Source: Candidatus Methylomirabilia bacterium (GTDB taxonomy: Bacteria; Methylomirabilota; Methylomirabilia; Rokubacteriales; CSP1-6). From it: a stretch of 64,000 bases of DNA. The translations under genes were made by a program, and so were the position numbers. Shown in pieces: positions 28,831 through 38,134 of the stretch (its first letter is position 1; each line of letters begins with the position of its first letter). The stretch spans positions 1,373-65,372 of the forward strand of contig JBGPXN010000004.1 of assembly GCA_041492755.1 (NCBI GenBank), in the 5' to 3' direction. Under the pieces are notes generated by a model. The model saw only the letters and a program-made list of their open reading frames with translations, was not told the DNA's origin and made no database searches.

Positions 28831-29306
28831 GCCTGCCCCGGCATCGACTGACGCTGAGGGTGAACGGTGAGGAGCAGGAGCTCCTGGTGGAGTCGCGCCG
28901 CCTCCTGCTCGACGCGCTTCGCGACGACCTCGGGCTCACGGGGACGAAGCGGGGCTGCGAGGAAGGCGTGTGCGGCGCCTGCACCGTGCTTGTCGACGGC
29001 CGCCACGTCCGGTCGTGCCTGCTGCTCGCGCTCCAGGTCCGCGACCGCGCCGTCACCACCATCGAGGGACTGGCCGGCGACGGCGCGCTCCACCCGATCC
29101 AGGCGGCGTTCATCCGGGCCGGGGCGCTGCAGTGCGGCTATTGCACGCCCGGCTTCATCATGACGACCAAGGCGTTGCTCGACGCCCGGGCGGCGCTCAC
29201 CGAAGCAGAAGTGCGGGAGGCTCTGTCCGGCAACATCTGCCGGTGCACGGGCTACGCGCACATCGTCGAGGCCATTCTCGCCCTGACGGAGGACACCAAG
29301 CGATGA
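28827..29306 (+). CDS. (2Fe-2S)-binding small subunit of the molybdenum hydroxylase
   Basis: GCEEGVCGACTV and QCGYCTPG cluster motifs. Overlaps its neighbours by 4 nt on both sides. Confidence 0.9.
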   Translation: MSLPRHRLTLRVNGEEQELLVESRRLLLDALRDDLGLTGTKRGCEEGVCGACTVLVDGRHVRSCLLLALQVRDRAVTTIEGLAGDGALHPIQAAFIRAGALQCGYCTPGFIMTTKALLDARAALTEAEVREALSGNICRCTGYAHIVEAILALTEDTKR

Positions 29307-30280
29307 AGCGGAGGGGATCGATGATCCGCCTGACCCTGTGCGCGCTCGGATTGGGGGCCATCGCCGCCACCGCCGAGGCCGCCGACAAGCTCAGCCTCGG
29401 CTACCTGCGCGGCTCCTCGGGCGCGCCCATCGAGGTGATGAAGGCCCAGAAGTTTGCCGAGAAACAGGGCCTCGACATCGACGCCAAGGGCTTCCTCGAC
29501 GTTGCGGCGATGGACCGCACCTTCGTGCTCGGCGAGTACGACGTCCACGTGAACCTCGCGCTCAACCAGTGGGCCGGCTACCTCAACCAGGGACACGACC
29601 TGATCGGGGTCCTCGGGGCCCTGCACCCGACGGGCTTCCTCGTGGTCCCGACGAAATCGCCGTACCACGAGCTGAAGGACCTCGTCGGCAAGCGCGTCGG
29701 CGTCTACGGGATCCACGGCACCAGCACCGCGATCTTCGGCGTCATCGCCCACGAGCAGCTCGGCGGCGTGGACATCCGCAAGAGCATGCAGCTGTTCAAC
29801 TCGGTGCCGCCCGCGCTGGCCACGCTGATCGCCAAGGGCGAGGTGGACGCGGTTCTGTCGCTCGCCCCGTTCGTCCCGAAGATGGTCAAGTCCGGCGAGT
29901 ACCGGGTGCTCCTCGACACCAACGAGGGCTGGAAGAAATCCACCGGCCACGCGCTGCCGTTCGCGGTGATCGCGGTGACCCGCAAGACGCTCGAGGCCAA
30001 GCCGAAACAGATCCGCGCCTTCGTGGCGGCCTGGAAAGAGTCGGTCGACTATCTCCGCAAGAATCCCGACTCGCTGAACGAGTACCTGGCGACCGGGCGC
30101 ATCACCGCGCCCGACGAGCAGAAGTTCGCGCAGCAGATGATGCTGCCGCACTACATGAACACGTGGACGCCGCGCGACATCGAGATGATCCGCGCGTACT
30201 GGGACCGGGCGCTCAAGGCCGGGTTCCTCGACACGCCGGTCAAGACGCAGACGTGGTACACGCTCGAGTTCGCCAGGTAG
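29303..30280 (+). CDS. ABC transporter substrate-binding protein (NMT1/SsuA-like)
   Basis: Signal peptide MKRRGSMIRLTLCALGLGAIAATAEA. Periplasmic-binding fold typical of NitT/TauT systems. Confidence 0.75.
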   Translation: MKRRGSMIRLTLCALGLGAIAATAEAADKLSLGYLRGSSGAPIEVMKAQKFAEKQGLDIDAKGFLDVAAMDRTFVLGEYDVHVNLALNQWAGYLNQGHDLIGVLGALHPTGFLVVPTKSPYHELKDLVGKRVGVYGIHGTSTAIFGVIAHEQLGGVDIRKSMQLFNSVPPALATLIAKGEVDAVLSLAPFVPKMVKSGEYRVLLDTNEGWKKSTGHALPFAVIAVTRKTLEAKPKQIRAFVAAWKESVDYLRKNPDSLNEYLATGRITAPDEQKFAQQMMLPHYMNTWTPRDIEMIRAYWDRALKAGFLDTPVKTQTWYTLEFAR

Positions 30281-30323
30281 CGCGAGGTGGCCGCGCCGGC
30301 CGGCGGAGCGGCGGTCGTTGCCG

Positions 30324-31112
30324 ATGACGCCGAAGATCGTCGTCCGCGACCTGGTCAAGACCTTTCCCGGTGCGGACGGCCGGGCGCGGATGGTGCTGGA
30401 CCACGTCTCCTTCCGCCTGCCCGAGGGCACGTTCGTGAGCGCGGTCGGCCCGTCCGGCTGTGGCAAGTCGACGCTGCTGAATATCGTGGCCGGACTGGTG
30501 CCCGCCACCGCGGGCACCGTCGAGCTGTCGGGGGAGCCGGTCGTGGTCGGCCAGCGGCGTGGCACCCACGTCGGCTACGTGTTCCAGCAGCCGCGGCTGC
30601 TGAACTGGCTGACGGTGGAGCAGAACATCGAGTTCGTGCTCGAAGCGTCCGAGCTCGCGCGCGCCGAGTGGGGTGATCGGGTGCAGAAAGCCCTCCGGTT
30701 GGTGCGGCTGGAATCGTACCGGCGCGCGTACCCGCTACGGCTGTCCGGGGGACAGCAGCAGCGCGTGTCGATCGCGCGGGCGTTGGCCACGGACCCGGAA
30801 GTCGTGCTCATGGACGAGCCGTTCAGCCACCTCGACGAGATCACCGCCGCCCGGCTGCGGGAAGAGCTGATGGAGATCTGGGAGCGGACGGGCAAGACCG
30901 TGCTGTTCATCACGCACAGCATCGCCGAGGCCGTGCGGCTCTCCGAGTCGATCATCGTGCTCGGGCCGAACGGTTGCGTGGCCGAGGAGCTCACCGTCGA
31001 CGTGCCGCGCCCCCGGGCCGGCCGCGACGACGCGCTCTTCCAGGTCGAGCGGCGCGTGCGATTGGTGACGTCCAAGTGGTGGGTCGAATCCGAGGCGCGG
31101 CCACCGGCCTGA
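30324..31112 (+). CDS. ABC transporter ATP-binding protein (NitT/TauT family)
   Basis: Walker A GPSGCGKST, signature LSGGQQQR, Walker B VLMDEPF. The track ORF starts at TTG 30318; ATG 30324 is preferred. Confidence 0.9.
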   Translation: MTPKIVVRDLVKTFPGADGRARMVLDHVSFRLPEGTFVSAVGPSGCGKSTLLNIVAGLVPATAGTVELSGEPVVVGQRRGTHVGYVFQQPRLLNWLTVEQNIEFVLEASELARAEWGDRVQKALRLVRLESYRRAYPLRLSGGQQQRVSIARALATDPEVVLMDEPFSHLDEITAARLREELMEIWERTGKTVLFITHSIAEAVRLSESIIVLGPNGCVAEELTVDVPRPRAGRDDALFQVERRVRLVTSKWWVESEARPPA

Positions 31113-31133
31113 CGGCGGCCAGGGGAGACAGCG

Positions 31134-31283
31134 ATGCCGATCGGGACTTCGGCGACGATGGTGCGGGCGGTGGCGGGCCAGCAGATCGTCCGTGTCCAGC
31201 CCGAAGGTCTGGTGACGGCGGACGCGCTGCTCTGCAACGATCCCGCCGGCAACACGCTGGAGTTCCAGCCGTGCACGCTCTGA
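31134..31283 (+). CDS. possible 49-aa small protein (hypothetical)
   Basis: GGGGAGA, 6 nt, ATG 31134; MPIGTSATMVRAVAGQQIVRVQPEGLVTADALLCNDPAGNTLEFQPCTL. The third codon position is strongly G/C, like real genes here. Below the track length cutoff. Confidence 0.3.
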   Translation: MPIGTSATMVRAVAGQQIVRVQPEGLVTADALLCNDPAGNTLEFQPCTL

Positions 31284-32389
31284 CGACGGCGCTCCGTCGG
31301 CTGGTTCGGAGGACCCGCGGCCGCACGCGTTGGGCCCGGCCCCGGGCGGCCGCGGCGGTGGTCGCGATGCTCGCCGCGGGTCCCCTGAACGCCGCCGTGG
31401 CCGAGGCTCAGGCGCCGGGCCAGGCGATCCCGAAGCTCACGGCACCAACGGTGGTCAAGATCGGACTCACCGATCGGCCGCTCACGCTCGCCGGGGTCTA
31501 CGTCGCGATCGCCCGCGGCTACTTCAAGGAAGCGAACATCACCAACGAGTTCGTCGCGGTCGGCGGGATGAACGCGCTCGTCGGGCCGCTGGCGACCGGT
31601 GAGCTCGATCTGGCCACGGGCGGTCCGGGCGCTGGGCTGTTCAACGCGATCGAGCGTGGCATCCGGCTCAAGTTCGTCGCCGACCAGCACACGGCATTTC
31701 CGGGCAAGGCGGCGATCGCGCTGATGCTCCGCAAGGACCTCGCGGATTCGGGACAGGTCAAGACGTTCGCCGACCTCAAGGGCCGCAGCGTCGGGATCAC
31801 GACCCGGAAGGCGACGCTCGAGCTCGCGCTGGTGAAGGCGCTGCGCGAGGCCGGCCTGGGCCTCGGCGACATCAATCTGGTCGTCATGCCGTTCGCGCAG
31901 ATCAACGGCGCCTTCGGCAGCAAGGCGCTCGACGCCGGCTACCAGGTCGAGCCGCTGGTCGCCGCCGCCGTCGGCAAGAACCTCGCGGTCCGGTGGCGGG
32001 GGCTCGACGACATGTGGCCGAACGTGCAGAACGTGTTCCTGGTCGCCTCCGAGAAGTTCGCCGCCCGCCCGGACGTGGGCCGCGCCTGGATGGTCGCCTA
32101 CCTGCGCGGCGTCCGCGATTACAACGACGCGATGTTCAAGCGCCGTGACCGCGACGCGGTGATCCAGATCCTCATCGAATTCACGCTGGTCAAGGACCGG
32201 CCCACCTACGACCGCATCGTCATGCCCGGCATCCACCCGGACGGCGAGTTGAACGTCGAGAGCATCCGGGATGCGGTCCAGGCCCTCAAGGCCGCGGGCG
32301 ACGTCAAAACGGACGTCGATCTCGACAAGATCATCGACCTGTCGCTCGTCCGCTACGCCCAGACCGTGCTTGGACCCTACGGACGCTGA
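31271..32389 (+). CDS. ABC transporter substrate-binding protein (NMT1-like), paralog of 37042..38094
   Basis: Arg-rich signal region then AMLAAGPLNAAVAEAQA. By eye about 60% identical to the 37042 protein along its full length. The GTG 31271 start is tentative. Confidence 0.75.
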   Translation: MHALTTALRRLVRRTRGRTRWARPRAAAAVVAMLAAGPLNAAVAEAQAPGQAIPKLTAPTVVKIGLTDRPLTLAGVYVAIARGYFKEANITNEFVAVGGMNALVGPLATGELDLATGGPGAGLFNAIERGIRLKFVADQHTAFPGKAAIALMLRKDLADSGQVKTFADLKGRSVGITTRKATLELALVKALREAGLGLGDINLVVMPFAQINGAFGSKALDAGYQVEPLVAAAVGKNLAVRWRGLDDMWPNVQNVFLVASEKFAARPDVGRAWMVAYLRGVRDYNDAMFKRRDRDAVIQILIEFTLVKDRPTYDRIVMPGIHPDGELNVESIRDAVQALKAAGDVKTDVDLDKIIDLSLVRYAQTVLGPYGR

Positions 32390-33399
32390 TGGCCGACTAT
32401 CCGATCCGCCTGGCCTGCCTGCACTACGACCGGACGACCGCGATCGTCACGGGCAGCCTGCGCCCGCCCGGCGTCGATCTCCGCGTCACCGAGCAGACCA
32501 GCGTGCCCGGCATGTTCGCCGCGATGTTCCGCGGCGAGTTCGACGCGTCGGAGATGTCGCTGGCCGAGCTGATCTACTACACCTCGCGCGATCGGTGTGA
32601 CTTCGTGGCGATCCCGGTCTTCCCGTCCCGCGTCTTCCGCCACGCGTTCCTCTACGTCAACACCGGCTCGGGAATAGGGCGGCCCGAGGAGCTCGACGGC
32701 AAGCGCATCGGCTTTCCGCGGTTCGTGCAGACGGCCTGTATCTGGATCCGCGGCATGCTGATCGACGAGTACGGCATTTCCCCGCAGCGCACGCGGTGGC
32801 TCATCGGCCGGACCCATCACTGGGGTGGCGCGGGCGAGGACGACGTGCTGCAGACACGGGACGGCTCGCGCTTCGAGCACCTGCCGTCCGACGGCCGGCA
32901 CGAGAACGAGACGGTGGAGCGCGCGCTCGTCGAGGGCACGATCGACGCGCTGGGGACCGCACTCATGCTCAAGTCGCTCGCCGCGGGTGATCCGCGGGTG
33001 GCGCGGCTGTTCCCGGACTATCGCGTGGTGGAGGCCGCCTACTATCGCAAGACGCGGATCTTCCCGATCATGCACGTGCTCGCCATTCGCAAGGACGTGG
33101 TGGCCCGTCACCCGGATCTGCCGCTCGCGCTCTTCACCCTCTTCGTCCAGGCCCGGCGGCGGGCACTCGAGTGGCTGCGGGTCGACCCGAGCCTCGGCCT
33201 GGTCTGGAAGAACGTCTATCTCGACGCGGAGCGGGAGGTGTTCGGCGGCGACCCCTGGACGTATGGGCTGCCCGCCAATGCCCACACGCTCGAGAAGTTC
33301 CTCGCGTACTGCGACGCGATGGGGGTCACGGCCCGGCCGCTCACGCCCCGCGACCTGTTCCATCCCGACACCTGGGACCTGACCGAGGAGGTCGTGTAA
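32389..33399 (+). CDS. 4,5-dihydroxyphthalate-decarboxylase-like protein (PhnD/SsuA-fold enzyme family)
   Basis: LHYDRTTAIVTG, FDASEMSLAE, VAIPVFPSRVFRHAFLYV, GKRIGFPRFVQTACIWIRG. Confidence 0.7.
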   Translation: MADYPIRLACLHYDRTTAIVTGSLRPPGVDLRVTEQTSVPGMFAAMFRGEFDASEMSLAELIYYTSRDRCDFVAIPVFPSRVFRHAFLYVNTGSGIGRPEELDGKRIGFPRFVQTACIWIRGMLIDEYGISPQRTRWLIGRTHHWGGAGEDDVLQTRDGSRFEHLPSDGRHENETVERALVEGTIDALGTALMLKSLAAGDPRVARLFPDYRVVEAAYYRKTRIFPIMHVLAIRKDVVARHPDLPLALFTLFVQARRRALEWLRVDPSLGLVWKNVYLDAEREVFGGDPWTYGLPANAHTLEKFLAYCDAMGVTARPLTPRDLFHPDTWDLTEEVV

Positions 33400-33441
33400 G
33401 CCGATGTCGTTCGTCGGGTTCTTCCTGGAGCACCCGTCGAC

Positions 33442-34461
33442 GTGATTCGCGCAATCGCCGGCGTGAAGAAGGGGGGGCCCACCGCGCTACGGGCCGTCGA
33501 CACCGTCCGGTTGACGTCGCTGGCCGGCGATTTCGCGAGCTGCACCGAGCGCAGCGCGGGGCCGGTGCGCCGGCGCGGGAACATGTTCGAGGCCCGGCGA
33601 CCGACCGCGATGCTCGGGGCCCACGGCCTGTCGTTCCTCGTCGAGGTCGGCGTGGATGGGCGGTGGTCGAGCGCGCTGTTCGACGCGGGCCTGCGGGGTG
33701 ACGTGCTGCGCGAGAACGTCGCCTACCTTGGCGCCGACCTCGGCCGCGTCGAGGCGATCTTCCTGAGCCACGGCCATCCCGATCACTACGGTGGGCTGCC
33801 GGCGGCGCTGGAGCTCGCGACCCGCCGGCGACGGCGCGTGCCCGTCGTCATGCACCGCACCGCGCTGCGCGAGCGCATGTGGGTCTGGCCCGGGCACCGC
33901 GGCGGCCGCTACCGGCTCGACCCCGCCGTCCTGCGTTCGCGGCGGGCGGCGACGCGGTTCCTGGAGGGCCCCGAATCCTTGCTCGACGGCGCCGCGCTGT
34001 TCCTGACCGACATTCCACGGCGGACGCCGTACGAGCGGCGACGGCCGGGTGGCCAGGTCCTCTACCGAGCGGGCAGCCGCTGGCAGCTCGACACGACGCC
34101 CGACGACGGCGCGCTCGTCATGTATCTTCGCGGGCGCGGCCTGGTCATCCTCACCGGCTGCGGCCACGCCGGCGTGCTCAACACCGTGCGCGAGGCGGTG
34201 CGGCTGACCGGGGTCCCGCGCGTGCATGCGCTCGTGGGCGGCTTTCATCTCTGCGGCGCGCCGCGGCGGCGCATCGCGGCGACGATCAGGGATCTGAAGA
34301 AGTTTTCCCCGCGCTGGGTGGTACCGTCGCATTGCAGCGGCCTCGAGTTCGAGGCCGCCTTGCAGCAGGCGTTTCCGCGCGGCTACGCGCTCGACATGGT
34401 CGGTACCGAGTATTCGTGGGCGGCGCCCGGCGCCCGCCGTGTGAAGAGGAGGAGAGCATGA
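33442..34461 (+). CDS. MBL-fold metallo-hydrolase
   Basis: LSHGHPDHYGG (HxHxDH). The start is uncertain (33442 or ATG 33583). Confidence 0.8.
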   Translation: MIRAIAGVKKGGPTALRAVDTVRLTSLAGDFASCTERSAGPVRRRGNMFEARRPTAMLGAHGLSFLVEVGVDGRWSSALFDAGLRGDVLRENVAYLGADLGRVEAIFLSHGHPDHYGGLPAALELATRRRRRVPVVMHRTALRERMWVWPGHRGGRYRLDPAVLRSRRAATRFLEGPESLLDGAALFLTDIPRRTPYERRRPGGQVLYRAGSRWQLDTTPDDGALVMYLRGRGLVILTGCGHAGVLNTVREAVRLTGVPRVHALVGGFHLCGAPRRRIAATIRDLKKFSPRWVVPSHCSGLEFEAALQQAFPRGYALDMVGTEYSWAAPGARRVKRRRA

Positions 34462-35771
34462 CGGAACGCGGCCCCTTCCTGACCCAGCCGTACACGGCCT
34501 ACCTGAATCGGGCGGTTCCGAAGGAGGACGTGGAGCTGACCCACGTCGGCCCCGGGACCCCGTGCGGCGAGTACATGCGCCGCTTCTGGCAGCCGGTCGC
34601 TTTCTCGGACGAGCTCAAGGACCTTCCCAGGGCGATCCGCATCCTCGGGGAGAACCTGGTGGTCTTCCGCGACGGCACCGGGCGGGTCGGCGTGCTGCAG
34701 CCGCACTGCGCCCACCGCGGGACCTCGCTCGAGTTCGGCCTCGTCTCCGAGCGCGGCATCCGCTGCTGTTACCACGGTTGGCTGTTCGACGTGGACGGCA
34801 AGATTCTCGAGACGCCCGGCGAGCCGGCCAACAGCACGCTGAAGAACCGGCTCTGCCAGGGCGCGTACCCGACCCACGAGCACAAGGGCCTCGTCTTCGC
34901 CTACATGGGCCCACCCGACAAGAAGCCAGGCTTCCCGATGCTCGACACCTTCAACCTCCCGGGCTACCGGTGCCTGCCGGGCCGCCGGCACGTCATCCAC
35001 TGCAACTGGCTCCAGATCAAGGACAACTCCATGGACCCCGCCCACGGCCAGTTCCTGCACACGGTCGTGAGCGGCGCCCAGTTCACCGAGGAGTTCGGCA
35101 TTCTCCCCGAGCTGGAGTGGCACGAGACGAGCTGCGGCATGGCCTACGTCGCCACCCGCCGCATCGGCGAGATGGTCTGGGTACGGACTTCCGACTACAT
35201 CCCCCCCAACATCCACCAGTTCCCGCCGACCTGGGAGAGAGCACGCGAGGAGAAGATCTTCAGCCGCCCGTACATGACGATCTGGGCGGTGCCGGTCGAC
35301 GACACGACGACCATCAACACCGGCTACCTGCACGTGCCGGACACGATGGAGGTGACCGAGGAGCGGCTGGCCCAGCTGAAGTTGAGCGTGGGCCAGACCG
35401 CCGACCGGCCGTACGAGGAGCGGCAACGCCAGCCCGGCGACTACGACGCCCAGGTCACCCAGCGGCCGATCACCGTGCACGCCCTCGAGCATCTGGGCGC
35501 CACCGACCGCGGCGTGATCATGCTGCGCAAGATCGTCCGCGACGGGATCCGGGCGACCCAGGCTGGCCAGGACCCGCGCGGCGTCGTCTTCAGGCAGGAA
35601 CGGCCGATCGCGACGTACTGCCAGGACACGGTGCTCCGGCTGCCTCCGGGTGCCACCCCGGCGCAGGAGCGGCAGCTCCTGATCGACACCGGCCGCCGGG
35701 TCCTCGACGGGTACTACGTGAAGAATCCTCCGCCGGGCGTCGTCACCCCGCCCTACGCGATGGTCGGCTGA
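34458..35771 (+). CDS. Rieske (2Fe-2S) aromatic-ring-hydroxylating oxygenase alpha subunit
   Basis: GAGGAGGAG then ATG 34458. Rieske motif CAHRG...CCYHGW. Catalytic domain DPAHGQFLH. Confidence 0.9.
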   Translation: MTERGPFLTQPYTAYLNRAVPKEDVELTHVGPGTPCGEYMRRFWQPVAFSDELKDLPRAIRILGENLVVFRDGTGRVGVLQPHCAHRGTSLEFGLVSERGIRCCYHGWLFDVDGKILETPGEPANSTLKNRLCQGAYPTHEHKGLVFAYMGPPDKKPGFPMLDTFNLPGYRCLPGRRHVIHCNWLQIKDNSMDPAHGQFLHTVVSGAQFTEEFGILPELEWHETSCGMAYVATRRIGEMVWVRTSDYIPPNIHQFPPTWERAREEKIFSRPYMTIWAVPVDDTTTINTGYLHVPDTMEVTEERLAQLKLSVGQTADRPYEERQRQPGDYDAQVTQRPITVHALEHLGATDRGVIMLRKIVRDGIRATQAGQDPRGVVFRQERPIATYCQDTVLRLPPGATPAQERQLLIDTGRRVLDGYYVKNPPPGVVTPPYAMVG

Positions 35772-35800
35772 GGCTGCCGGCCGTGACACGCCAGGTGGTG

Positions 35801-36163
35801 ATGACCGACAAGATCGCGCGGCCTCGGGTTCCCTTGTCCAGCGCGGTGAAGGCCGGCGGCCTGGTGTTCGTGTCGGGCAACGTCGGCTTCACCGTTGACG
35901 GTCAGGTGGCCCGCGGCGACTTTCGGGCCCAGATGCGCCAGACGGTGGAGAACGTGAAGGCGATCCTGGAAGCGGCGGGCTCGTCGCTCGACAAGGTGGT
36001 CAAGGTCAAGGTGATCCTGGCCCGGGCCGAGGACTTTGGGGCGATGAACGAGATCTACCGGACGTATTTCCGAGAGGGGAACTACCCGGCGCGCACGACG
36101 ATCGAGGCGCGCCTGATGAACCCGGACTTGCTGGTCGAGATCGAGTGCGTGGCCGAGGCGTGA
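35801..36163 (+). CDS. RidA/YjgF-family protein (second copy)
   Basis: LSSAVKAGGLVFVSGNVG ... ARTTIEARLMNPDLLVEIECVA. Confidence 0.85.
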   Translation: MTDKIARPRVPLSSAVKAGGLVFVSGNVGFTVDGQVARGDFRAQMRQTVENVKAILEAAGSSLDKVVKVKVILARAEDFGAMNEIYRTYFREGNYPARTTIEARLMNPDLLVEIECVAEA

Positions 36164-36164
36164 C

Positions 36165-37004
36165 GTGGCGAAGGACCGGATGACGGCCACGCGGGCGGAG
36201 GCGGGTCTCGCCGCCGAGGTCCCGCCCGCGCCGGCCGCGCCCGGGGCGTGGCGAGGCGTGCTGGGGCCGAAGCTCGTCGCCGTTCTCAGCATCGCCGCCG
36301 TGTGGTGGATCGGCTCGGTGGCGCTGCCGCGCGACATCGTTCCCGCGCCGGGCGAGGTGCTGGGCGCGATGGCGAAGCTGCTGGTGTCGGGCGACGCGTT
36401 GGTGCACCTGCGGGCGACACTCTGGCGGATCCTGCTCGGCTTCACCGTCTCCGCCCTGCTCGGCATCGTGGTCGGCCTGCTCATGGGCCTCGGCCGCGGC
36501 GTCGCCCAGTACCTCGAGGTGTGGATCACGTTCGTCATCACGATCCCGAGCCTGTGCTGGGCCATCATCGCGCTCGCCTGGTTCGGCCTCCGCAACACCG
36601 CGGCCGTTTTCACCATCGTCGCCATCACGTTCCCGCTCATCGCCGTGAACTTCTGGAGCGGTGTCCGCCAAGTCGACATGAGCCTCGTCGAGATGGCCCG
36701 GGCCTTCCGGGCCCGCCGCCGCCTCATCGTGCGCCGGGTGGTGGTTCCCCAGCTCGTGCCGTACGCGATCGCCGCCACCCGGTACGGGTTGCCGATGGCC
36801 TGGAAGATGGCGATCATCGCCGAGATGCTCGGCCTCTCCAACGGTGTCGGCTACATGTTGATGTACTGGTTCCACGTCCTGAACATGGTCCAGGTCTTCG
36901 CCTGGATGCTCCTGTTCACGTCCGTGATGCTGGTGGTCGAGTACGTGGTCATCAAGCCGCTGGAGCGGGCCAGCCTCAGGTGGCGCGCCGAGGTGGCGTT
37001 CTGA
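36165..37004 (+). CDS. ABC transporter permease (NitT/TauT family)
   Basis: VPAPGEVL motif, multiple TM segments, EAA-like MARAFRARR loop. Confidence 0.85.
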   Translation: MAKDRMTATRAEAGLAAEVPPAPAAPGAWRGVLGPKLVAVLSIAAVWWIGSVALPRDIVPAPGEVLGAMAKLLVSGDALVHLRATLWRILLGFTVSALLGIVVGLLMGLGRGVAQYLEVWITFVITIPSLCWAIIALAWFGLRNTAAVFTIVAITFPLIAVNFWSGVRQVDMSLVEMARAFRARRRLIVRRVVVPQLVPYAIAATRYGLPMAWKMAIIAEMLGLSNGVGYMLMYWFHVLNMVQVFAWMLLFTSVMLVVEYVVIKPLERASLRWRAEVAF

Positions 37005-37041
37005 GGCCCGGCGTCGCCGCCGGATAGGAAGGGAGTCCATC

Positions 37042-38094
37042 ATGCTGCGCATGCGCATCGCGGCGTTGGTCGTGGTCGCCGTCGTCATGGGCGCCGGGTT
37101 CGCCTCGTTCTCGGCGGGGCAGACCCGTCAGGTCCCCCGGATGGCGTCGCCGGCCACCGTCAAGCTCGGCTGGACGGTGGGCTCGATGTCGGTCGCCGGC
37201 GTGTACATCGCCATCGAGAGGGGCTACTTCCGGGACGCGAACATCACGACCGAGCTCATCCCGGTCGGCGGCTTGGCCCCCCTGCTCGGCCCGCTGTCTA
37301 CGGGGGAGCTGGATCTCGGAACCGGCGGCCCCAGCGTGGGTCTGTTCAACGCCATCAGCCGTGGCATCAATCTCAAGATCGTGGCCGACCAGAACACGGC
37401 CTTCCCCGGCCGTTCCTTCTTCGCTCTGATGGTCAGGAAGGACCTCGTCGACTCCGGTCAGGTCAAGAGCTTCGCCGACTTCAAAGGCCGGAAACTGGGG
37501 ATGTCGACGCGCCGGACCTCGCTGGAGCTGGATCTCCAGAAGGCGCTCAAGACCGGCGGGCTCGATCTCCCCGACGTGAACATCGTGACGATGGAGTGGC
37601 CGCAGATCAACGCCGCCTTCGCCAGCAAGTCGCTCGATCTCGGCTTCCAGATCGAGCCGCTGGTGACGGTCGCGGTGATGCGCAACCTGGCCGTCCGCTG
37701 GCGCGGCCTCGACGAGATCACGCCGAACCGTCAGAACGCCTTCCTGGTCGCCTCCGAGCACTTCGCGGCCAAGCGTGACCTGGCGCGGGCCTGGATGGTC
37801 GCCTACGTCCGGGGCCTGCGCGACTACAACGACGCCGTCGTGAAGAACGTGGGCCGGGAGGCGGTCATCCAGATCCTCCAGAAGCACTCGTCGGTCAAGG
37901 AGCGCGAGATCTACGAGCGCATGACGATGCCGGGCATCCACCCCGACGGCGAGGTCAACGTGCCGAGCGTCCGCGAGGCCCTCGACGCGTTCAAGGCGAT
38001 GGGCGACGTCAAGCCCGACCTCGATCTCGACAAGGTCGTCGACATGTCGTTCGTGAAGTACGCCCAGGAGGTCCTCGGCCGCTACGAGCGCTAG
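37042..38094 (+). CDS. ABC transporter substrate-binding protein (NMT1-like)
   Basis: Signal peptide MLRMRIAALVVVAVVMGAGFASFSAG. Paralog of 31271..32389. Confidence 0.8.
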   Translation: MLRMRIAALVVVAVVMGAGFASFSAGQTRQVPRMASPATVKLGWTVGSMSVAGVYIAIERGYFRDANITTELIPVGGLAPLLGPLSTGELDLGTGGPSVGLFNAISRGINLKIVADQNTAFPGRSFFALMVRKDLVDSGQVKSFADFKGRKLGMSTRRTSLELDLQKALKTGGLDLPDVNIVTMEWPQINAAFASKSLDLGFQIEPLVTVAVMRNLAVRWRGLDEITPNRQNAFLVASEHFAAKRDLARAWMVAYVRGLRDYNDAVVKNVGREAVIQILQKHSSVKEREIYERMTMPGIHPDGEVNVPSVREALDAFKAMGDVKPDLDLDKVVDMSFVKYAQEVLGRYER

Positions 38095-38134
38095 TTCTCC
38101 GAAGACCGGTGCGCCGCGTGCCGGCCGGGCCGGC

